Shown here: in pieces, positions 27,798 through 34,141 of the stretch
Layout of the letters: every line of letters begins with the position of its first letter
How positions within the stretch are numbered: the first letter of the stretch is position 1
Assembly: GCA_016928395.1 (NCBI GenBank)
Contig: JAFGKV010000045.1
Span: forward strand, 1-34,141
Direction: 5' to 3'
DNA: 34,141 nucleotides
Origin: Candidatus Fermentibacterota bacterium
GTDB lineage: Bacteria > JAFGKV01
The notes under the pieces: generated by a model
Told to the model about the DNA's origin: nothing
The model's database searches: none
Seen by the model: only the letters and a program-made list of their open reading frames with translations
Program-made: the position numbers and the translations under genes

Positions 27798-28960
27798 CTC
27801 TGCCCTCCCTCAGCGGCCTTCGCCACGGCCTTCTGGACGGCCTCTTCCATGGAGGAACCAACCTCCAAACCAACCTCCTGCAGAATCCGGCGGCCCTCAT
27901 CCTCATTCGTGCCGGTAAGACGCACCACCACGGGAAGCGGTGTTCCGATTTCACGGAGCGCCTGCACCATTCCCTTGGCAACATCATCGCACCGGGTGAT
28001 TCCGCCAAAGATGTTGAAGAGCACGGCCTTCACTCGGGGATCGGCAAGGAGAATGCGCATCGCTGCCAGCACTTTCTCCGGGCTGGACGAACCGCCGATG
28101 TCCAGGAAATTGGCGGGTGAACCCCCGAAGTACTTCACCATGTCCATGGTGGCCATGGCAAGCCCCGCTCCGTTCACAACGCAGCCAATATCGCCATCGA
28201 GGCTGACGAAGCTCAGACCGAGAGCCCGGGCCTCCTCTTCCAGGTCGTTCTCCTCCGCGGGATCCCGCATTTGGGCGATCTCTTGACGGCGGTAGAGCGC
28301 GCTGTCGTCGAAGTTCATCTTCGCGTCCAAGGCGATGACGCGTCCGTCCTCTGTCACCACGAGAGGATTGATCTCGACCAGCGAGGCGTCAGTCGACATG
28401 AAGGCTCCATAGACGTTCGAGATGACTGCGGAGAGCTGGCGTACGACCTGGCGATCTGACGAGAAGCGCATTGCCAACCGACGCGCCTGGAAGTCTGCCA
28501 GGCCGACAAAGGGATCGGCCCACTCCTTGAAGATCTTCTCCGGCGATCGCGCGGCGACTTCCTCGATCTCAACTCCTCCCTCGGTGCTGCCCATGATCAC
28601 GACACGACTGAGCGAGCGATCCAGAACTGCGCCGAGGTAGAGCTCGTGGGCGATGGGCACCACCTCTTCGACAAGCGCACGCTTGACGAGCACGCCCTGG
28701 CCGCCGGTCTGGTGCGTGGTCAGGTAGGAACCCAACATCTTGCCGGCCTTCGCTTCGGCCTCCTCGGGATTGCTCGCGATCTGGATACCGCCCGCTTTGC
28801 CGCGGCCACCGGCATGCACTTGGGCCTTAATTACCACGGGCCCGCCCAATTCCCGAGCCGCCTGATAGGCATCTTCGGGATTGCCCACCACACGGCCTCG
28901 GGGAATCGGTACGCCTGCCTTGGCCAGAATGGCCTTGGCCTGAAATTCGTGGACTTTCAT
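27794..28960 (-). CDS. sucC: Succinyl-CoA ligase beta subunit
   Basis: [55 protein letters not shown]. Confidence 0.97.
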   Translation of the reverse strand: MKVHEFQAKAILAKAGVPIPRGRVVGNPEDAYQAARELGGPVVIKAQVHAGGRGKAGGIQIASNPEEAEAKAGKMLGSYLTTHQTGGQGVLVKRALVEEVVPIAHELYLGAVLDRSLSRVVIMGSTEGGVEIEEVAARSPEKIFKEWADPFVGLADFQARRLAMRFSSDRQVVRQLSAVISNVYGAFMSTDASLVEINPLVVTEDGRVIALDAKMNFDDSALYRRQEIAQMRDPAEENDLEEEARALGLSFVSLDGDIGCVVNGAGLAMATMDMVKYFGGSPANFLDIGGSSSPEKVLAAMRILLADPRVKAVLFNIFGGITRCDDVAKGMVQALREIGTPLPVVVRLTGTNEDEGRRILQEVGLEVGSSMEEAVQKAVAKAAEGGQR

Positions 28961-29052
28961 CGATTCCTCCGACTCAAGAGTCGCGGGGCTCCCCGGCATA
29001 CCCGAAGGAGCCCCGCATGTGCAATGCGATCAGTTCCGTGTCAGAACTCCGA

Positions 29053-29751
29053 TCAGATCTTTAGCGCGGTAAGCTTCTGCCGAAGCTTGACGATGGCCTC
29101 GGTGGGATTGAGACTCTTCGGACAGGCCTCCACGCAGTTGAAGATGGTGTGGCAGCGCCACAGCCCGTTCCGGCTGTCCAACACATCGACACGCTCCGCG
29201 AAGCCCTCATCCCGGGTATCCATCACGTATCGCGCCGCTTTGAGAAGCGCGGCCGGACCGAGAAAATCATCGTTCACCCAGTAGGAAGGACATGCCGAGG
29301 TGCAGGCGCCGCAGAGAATGCACTCGTAAAGACCGTCCAGTTGTTTGCGGTCTTCGGGTGACTGCAGACGTTCACCATCGGTGGGCGGTGTCCCGGCGAT
29401 AAGCCACGGCTTCACCGCTTCAATGTGGGCGAAGAACCCGTCCATGTCGGTCACCAGGTCACGGAGTATTCTGAACCCGTGCAGCGGCTCGACAGTGATG
29501 ACGCCCTTGAGCGATTCCACCTGAATCTCGCACGCCAGCCCGTTCTTCCCGTTTATCTTCATGCCGCAGGATCCGCAGATGCCGTGCCGGCAGCTTCTGC
29601 GGAATGTGAGGGATCCGTCCTGATCCCACTTGATGGCATTGAGGGCATCCAGCACTGTCCACGCGGGCTGCACGTCCACGGTGTAAGTCTTGAACGAAGG
29701 CGTTGGGGAAACCTCGGGATTGTACCGGTATATTCTGAACTGCCGCTCCAT
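29053..29751 (-). CDS. sdhB: Succinate dehydrogenase/fumarate reductase Fe-S subunit
   Basis: RRSCRHGICGSC..LAC, CILCGACTSACP, CHTIFNCVEACP; GGAGGT RBS before ATG 29751. Confidence 0.96.
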   Translation of the reverse strand: MERQFRIYRYNPEVSPTPSFKTYTVDVQPAWTVLDALNAIKWDQDGSLTFRRSCRHGICGSCGMKINGKNGLACEIQVESLKGVITVEPLHGFRILRDLVTDMDGFFAHIEAVKPWLIAGTPPTDGERLQSPEDRKQLDGLYECILCGACTSACPSYWVNDDFLGPAALLKAARYVMDTRDEGFAERVDVLDSRNGLWRCHTIFNCVEACPKSLNPTEAIVKLRQKLTALKI

Positions 29752-29761
29752 GTCGACCTCC

Positions 29762-31495
29762 TCAGTACTTGCGTTCCTCGGGTTGGAAACGGTTGATGAC
29801 CACGGGTTTGTAGTCAAGCCGGATGGAGCCGTCCGCCTCACGAAAGGCCAGGGTGTGGCGAAGCCACTGCACGTCGTCGCGCTTCGGGTAGTCTTTTCTC
29901 GAATGCGCGCCACGGCTCTCCTGTCGCGCCAGGGCACTCACCGAGATGATCTCGGAGAAATCCAGCATGCCGCCCAGCTCGATCAGCTCGGTCAGCTCGG
30001 TATTGAACGCCCTGGATCCATCCGAAACGCCGACTTCCTTGAAGCGTTCCTTGAGCGTCTGCATGAATTTCACTTGCTTCTGGAGCTTTTCGGCGGTGCG
30101 GAAGATGCCCACATTCTCGGTCATCGAGGCCTGCAGCTCGGCACGGATGACCTTTGCGGATTCCCTCCCTGTACGGGACCGAAGGGCCTCGATTTCCTCC
30201 TCTGCCGCGGCGGTGTCGCGTTCATCGCCGGGGAGGATCGGGCCGGCACCCCTGACGAACTTCGCCATGGCAATGCCTCCCCTGCGGCCGAACACGGCGG
30301 CCTCCATGGTCGAGTTGGTCCCCAAGCGGTTGGCGCCATGGTTCGAGACGCAGGCGCATTCGCCGCTGGCGTACAAGCCCTCGACGACCTGCTTCTTGCC
30401 GTCCAAGAGCACCCGGGTATCGAGATCGGTGGGAATACCGCCCATGGAGTAGTGAGCCGTGGGCTGTATCGGTATCGGCTTCTTCGTGCAGTCGACGGCA
30501 GCGAATTTCACCACCAGCTCATGGATCTGAGGAAGCCTCTCCAGTATCGCATCCGCGCCCAGATGCGTCAGGTCGAGATTGAGATACTCGCCTCCGTCGA
30601 TGCCCCGGCCTTCGTCGATCTCCGTCTGCTCGGCCCGGCTGACCACATCCCGAGGCGCCAGTTCCATCTTGGAGGCGGCGTACTTCTCCATGAACCGCAC
30701 GCCCTCCCCGTTGAAAAGGTAGCCGCCTTCGCCACGGGCAGCCTCGCTGACGAGGATGCCGTGGGGATAGAGCCCCGTGGGGTGAAACTGGACAAACTCC
30801 ATGTCTTCCAGCGGCACGCCCGCCTTGGCCACCAGGGGCAGGCCGTCACCGGTATTGGCGTGGGAATTCGAGGTAACCCGCCACGCCCGCGCATAGCCAC
30901 CGGTGGCCAACATGACGGCTCTCGCCCAGAAGGCATGGAGATTGCCTGTCCTGATCTCCAGAGCAACCAGGCCACGGCACACGCCGCCTTCGATGATCAG
31001 CGAAGTAACCAGGAACTCGTTGTAGAAACGGACGCCCTGCTTCAGGCTCTGCTCATACAGGAGGTGAAGCTGCGCATGTCCGGACCGGTCGGCCACATAG
31101 CAGGAGCGCTTGACCGGTCCCTTGCCGAACTTCGAGAAATGACCTCCGAAGGGGCGCTGCGCGATCTTGCCCTCGGGAGTGCGGGAGAACGGTAGCCCGA
31201 GGTGCTCCATCTCGTATGTGACCGGAATTGCTTCCTTGACCAGAAGCTCCTGGGCATCCTGGTCGCCCAGGAAGTCGCCGCCCCTCACCGTGTCGTACAG
31301 GTGGTATTCCCAGCTGTCTTCGCCCTCATTCCCCAAGGCTGCAGCAGATCCGCCCTGAGCCGCGCCGGAGTGGGAACGTGTGGGGTAGACCTTCGAAAGC
31401 ACTCCGACATCGGCGCTCTCCCCCGCCTTCATGGCCGCGTAGAGCCCTGCGATGCCGGCGCCGACCACGACTACATCATGTCGATGGTGTTCCAT
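29762..31495 (-). CDS. sdhA: Succinate dehydrogenase/fumarate reductase flavoprotein
   Basis: [19 protein letters not shown] (covalent FAD His), QFHPTG, HYSMGG, HGANRLG, ESRGAH. Confidence 0.97.
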   Translation of the reverse strand: MEHHRHDVVVVGAGIAGLYAAMKAGESADVGVLSKVYPTRSHSGAAQGGSAAALGNEGEDSWEYHLYDTVRGGDFLGDQDAQELLVKEAIPVTYEMEHLGLPFSRTPEGKIAQRPFGGHFSKFGKGPVKRSCYVADRSGHAQLHLLYEQSLKQGVRFYNEFLVTSLIIEGGVCRGLVALEIRTGNLHAFWARAVMLATGGYARAWRVTSNSHANTGDGLPLVAKAGVPLEDMEFVQFHPTGLYPHGILVSEAARGEGGYLFNGEGVRFMEKYAASKMELAPRDVVSRAEQTEIDEGRGIDGGEYLNLDLTHLGADAILERLPQIHELVVKFAAVDCTKKPIPIQPTAHYSMGGIPTDLDTRVLLDGKKQVVEGLYASGECACVSNHGANRLGTNSTMEAAVFGRRGGIAMAKFVRGAGPILPGDERDTAAAEEEIEALRSRTGRESAKVIRAELQASMTENVGIFRTAEKLQKQVKFMQTLKERFKEVGVSDGSRAFNTELTELIELGGMLDFSEIISVSALARQESRGAHSRKDYPKRDDVQWLRHTLAFREADGSIRLDYKPVVINRFQPEERKY

Positions 31496-31530
31496 GGATC
31501 CTTGCCTCCTCTTAGTGCGGCCGGCACTCG

Positions 31531-31890
31531 TCAGGCCGAGAACGGGATGATCGTCACCAGGCCCAGAACGTACAGGGCCAGCCCGATGGTGACGATGAGA
31601 GAGAAGAGGACGGCGCGGAGCGCCGGCTTCTTCGAGAGATAGTCAAGCAGGACGTTCCACAGCCCATAGAGGCCATGGAACAGCACGATGGTGAGGAACG
31701 CTATATTGAGGAACTTCCAGGTCGGGGTTGCCACCCGCGCCGCAATCTTGTCGTACTCCACGAAGTGGGATGTCTGCAGATGGGTCGCCACGTAGTGAAG
31801 AAGCAGCACGGGAAAGAGCAATATTCCCGTCACGCGCTGCATCAGCCACCACCAGAATCCGCCGGAACCGTGACCGCGATTGACTGTCAT
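31531..31890 (-). CDS. sdhD: Succinate dehydrogenase hydrophobic anchor subunit
   Basis: [34 protein letters not shown] before ATG 31890. Confidence 0.9.
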   Translation of the reverse strand: MTVNRGHGSGGFWWWLMQRVTGILLFPVLLLHYVATHLQTSHFVEYDKIAARVATPTWKFLNIAFLTIVLFHGLYGLWNVLLDYLSKKPALRAVLFSLIVTIGLALYVLGLVTIIPFSA

Positions 31891-31921
31891 GATGCCTCCG
31901 TATGTCTGCACGCGCTGGGAT

Positions 31922-32275
31922 TCAGTGCGCGGTGATATGGGGTATCGCCACTACTATCGCGGCGAGAAACAGGGCCCCCGCCACGCCCAGAACGCCGACG
32001 AAAACCGCCTTCTGATGCCGCGATACACCGGCGAACTCCACCAGCATGATCCGCACGCCGTTGATCGCGTGGTACAGAACGGCCCCGATGAGAAGCAGCT
32101 CGAACACCATGGTCACAGGGCTCTGGATGAACTTCATCACGTGGTCAAAACCCTCGCGACCCTGGCCAAGGTGGTGAATCACCCAGATGTGCACACCCAG
32201 ATACAGGGTAACCGCCAAACCAGTCACACGATTGAGCAGCCAGGCAATGTACCCGGGATGCCAGCGATACATCAT
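31922..32275 (-). CDS. sdhC: Succinate dehydrogenase cytochrome b subunit
   Basis: WLLNRVTG, GVHI, YHAINGVRIMLVE; AAGGAGGT RBS. Confidence 0.9.
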   Translation of the reverse strand: MMYRWHPGYIAWLLNRVTGLAVTLYLGVHIWVIHHLGQGREGFDHVMKFIQSPVTMVFELLLIGAVLYHAINGVRIMLVEFAGVSRHQKAVFVGVLGVAGALFLAAIVVAIPHITAH

Positions 32276-32332
32276 GACCGAGACCTCCTTTTCCCTCACT
32301 CCATGGGGGGCTTGAGGATAACGTTGCCGAAC

Positions 32333-32362
32333 ATAGTATTCCCATGAGAGGACCCACGTCAA
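32333..32362 (-). promoter_or_regulatory. Putative sigma70 promoter for sdhCDAB-sucCD
   Basis: Minus strand TTGACG-18 nt-TACTAT. Confidence 0.5.
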
Positions 32363-32390
32363 GGTTCAGGACCACCCCTCGATGACCTGC

Positions 32391-32419
32391 TTGCCTGACC
32401 GCGATGAGTGTGCTATTCT
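32391..32419 (+). promoter_or_regulatory. Putative sigma70 promoter with extended -10 for the REC-HD-GYP gene
   Basis: TTGCCT-17 nt-TATTCT, preceded by TGn. Confidence 0.5.
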
Positions 32420-32479
32420 GGATGGCCGTGCTCCCAACGAACGTGTCTCGATCCTAGCCTCGACCCACGGGGATGCTGT

Positions 32480-33583
32480 ATGCGGAGTGAACTGGAGACG
32501 GCGGAGCGGGCCTCGAAGGCGGAATCGGTGCTGGTTGTCGACGATGAAGCCGGGGTTCGCGAAGTGGTGCAGATGGCCCTGCGTGACTCCGGATATCCCT
32601 GCCATGCGGTATCCAGCGCCCGTGAAGCCATCGAGCTTCTGAGCAGTGAACCGGTTGCCTTGGTAATCACCGATCTTCGGATGCCGGGGGATGACGGCGT
32701 GTGGCTCCTCCACCAGGTGCAGGAGAAGAGCAAGGATATCGCGGTCATCATGGTTACCGCAGTACGCGATCTGCGGATAGCCATCGATTGCCTCAAACAG
32801 GGCGCCTACGACTACATCACCAAACCCTTCGACATGAGCGATATGCTGTTTTCCGTTCGCCGTGCCCTCGAGCGCCGGGAACTGATCCTCATGAACAAGG
32901 AGTACCAGCGCAATCTGGAACACATGGTGAATGAGCGAACGGCAGAGCTCCATTCCGCCCTTGATGCACTCCACGCCACCTACCGTGAGACGCTTCAGGC
33001 TCTGGTGGCCAGTCTTGACGCCAGGGAGAAGGAGACGACGAATCATTCTCTGCGCGTCACGGAATACACGACCTTCCTGGCCCGCCAGGTCGGGATTCCC
33101 GAGTCCGAGATCGTGCAGATCTCCTGGGGCGCCCTGCTTCACGACATCGGCAAGCTGGGCATCCCCGACTCGATCCTCCTGAAGCCGGGGCTGCTCGACC
33201 CCGAGGAATGGAGAATCATGCGGCGACATCCGACCATCGGACACCAGATTCTCAAGGGGGTCACGTTTCTGGATCAGGCCCGCGAACTGGTGCTCTGCCA
33301 TCAAGAGCAGTTCTCCGGGGCGGGCTATCCGAACCACCTTAAGGGAGAGGAGATTCCGCTGGGCGCCAGAGTGTTCGCAGTGTGCGATACGCTGGATGCA
33401 ATCACCAGCAACCGGCCGTATCGACAGGCTCGATCCTTTGAGCAGGCCTATACAGAGATGATCAACGCCCAAGGTGAGCAATTCGACCCGGAGGTGGTCT
33501 CGGTATTCGCAGGGGTACCCTTGGACACCTGGAAAGAAATCAGGCGACAGAGCCTACCGCCGGGAGTGACGCCGCCGAACTGA
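32480..33583 (+). CDS. Response regulator with HD-GYP cyclic-dinucleotide phosphodiesterase domain (RpfG-like)
   Basis: VLVVDDE, ITDLRMPG, MVTA, YITKPF; HSLRV, LLHDIGKLGIPD, HQEQFSGAGYP, DTLDAITSNRPYR; start uncertain (ATG 32480 chosen). Confidence 0.93.
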   Translation: MRSELETAERASKAESVLVVDDEAGVREVVQMALRDSGYPCHAVSSAREAIELLSSEPVALVITDLRMPGDDGVWLLHQVQEKSKDIAVIMVTAVRDLRIAIDCLKQGAYDYITKPFDMSDMLFSVRRALERRELILMNKEYQRNLEHMVNERTAELHSALDALHATYRETLQALVASLDAREKETTNHSLRVTEYTTFLARQVGIPESEIVQISWGALLHDIGKLGIPDSILLKPGLLDPEEWRIMRRHPTIGHQILKGVTFLDQARELVLCHQEQFSGAGYPNHLKGEEIPLGARVFAVCDTLDAITSNRPYRQARSFEQAYTEMINAQGEQFDPEVVSVFAGVPLDTWKEIRRQSLPPGVTPPN

Positions 33584-33589
33584 CTGGGC

Positions 33590-33979
33590 CTATGCCTGTT
33601 TGATCTCGAACAGGTTCCCGTCGGCGTCGGCAACGAAGCACACTTCGTGATCGCCTACCCATGCCGTACGTACTTCCACGCTCCTGGCGCGGCAACGCTC
33701 CACCACATCCTCACGATTGGACACCGCGAGACAGATATGGGCGGGCGAATCCGCCGGAACGTGATCTGGGCACACGATCGCCTCCACGAGCCGCTGATCA
33801 TTGCCAAAGACCAGCACACTGACGGCTGCCGGATCCCTAAAAAGGGCCGTGGCCACGTTGGCAGTCAGGGTGAATGACCGCAGGAAGCGCAGGCCAAGAC
33901 AATCTCCCAGCATTGCATGGGCCGCGCGGGCGGTGCGGTAGACGCAGCCCGCGTGATCGAGGGAAGGGTGCCCGCCCAG
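33590..33979 (-). CDS. VOC/glyoxalase-family protein
   Basis: LDHAG..LGL, AHICLAV, FVADADGNLFEIK; start placed at a CTG 7 nt after AAGGAGG (uncertain). Confidence 0.75.
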   Translation of the reverse strand: MGGHPSLDHAGCVYRTARAAHAMLGDCLGLRFLRSFTLTANVATALFRDPAAVSVLVFGNDQRLVEAIVCPDHVPADSPAHICLAVSNREDVVERCRARSVEVRTAWVGDHEVCFVADADGNLFEIKQA

Positions 33980-34008
33980 GTGTACACCTCCTTGCGGTGA
34001 ACCGACGA

Positions 34009-34049
34009 GAAACCGAGGCCCGGGCTCCGGCGAACGGGACCCAGGCCCC
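34009..34049 (-). terminator. Hairpin just after the upstream gene's stop, possible terminator
   Basis: Minus strand GGCCTGGGTCCCG-TTCGC-CGGAGCCCGGGCC followed by TCGGTTTCT. Confidence 0.45.
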
Positions 34050-34055
34050 TTCGCG

Positions 34056-34141
34056 CTAGAGTCCCAGGTCGGCCAGAATCGCCTGGCCCAAGGGTGCAAG
34101 ATCCGCAGGTTCGAGATACATGAGGGGGAAGCCGAAGAACA
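34056..34141 (-). CDS. 3' end of a gene that starts outside the window (product unknown)
   Basis: Open frame ..FFGFPLMYLEPADLAPLGQAILADLGL* ending in TAG at 34056-34058, followed by a hairpin. Confidence 0.6.
   Translation of the reverse strand, partial: FFGFPLMYLEPADLAPLGQAILADLGL

Noticed and set aside
29690-31195. Long antisense ORFs (501 aa here; also 7920-8993, 11654-12664, 20541-21659, 22120-23073, 32366-33481)
   Set aside because: Shadow frames opposite well-supported genes, expected in GC-rich DNA; no motifs recognised.

Overview
GC-rich bacterial chromosome segment with no rRNA, tRNA, CRISPR or transposase that I can recognise. The host is probably an anaerobe from an FCB-related candidate lineage; this is an inference from a secreted protein carrying a PVELxxF module and a C-terminal TWGxIK motif. 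Contents in order: a mosaic of REP/RPE-like repeats (1-800); an MBL-fold hydrolase/rhodanese fusion; a minus-strand signalling operon (roadblock, DUF4388-like protein, mglB, mglA, DUF4388-roadblock fusion); a divergent plus-strand operon (V4R-like protein, group 3c/Mvh-type [NiFe]-hydrogenase small and large subunits, ferredoxin-V4R-like fusion, maturation protease); speA; psuG; a complete but divergent F-type ATP synthase operon; prs; two secreted proteins; a LonC-like protease; sucDC and sdhBADC on the minus strand; a REC-HD-GYP regulator; a VOC protein. The best candidate for an undescribed system is 2769-10603. The hydrogenase operon has no electron-output partner (no MvhD, Hdr or diaphorase) but carries two paralogous V4R-like domains. 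It shares back-to-back sigma54-type promoters with an expanded MglA/MglB small-GTPase operon, which suggests an H2/redox-sensing circuit feeding a Ras-like switch. All calls come from motif recognition only; no searches were run.
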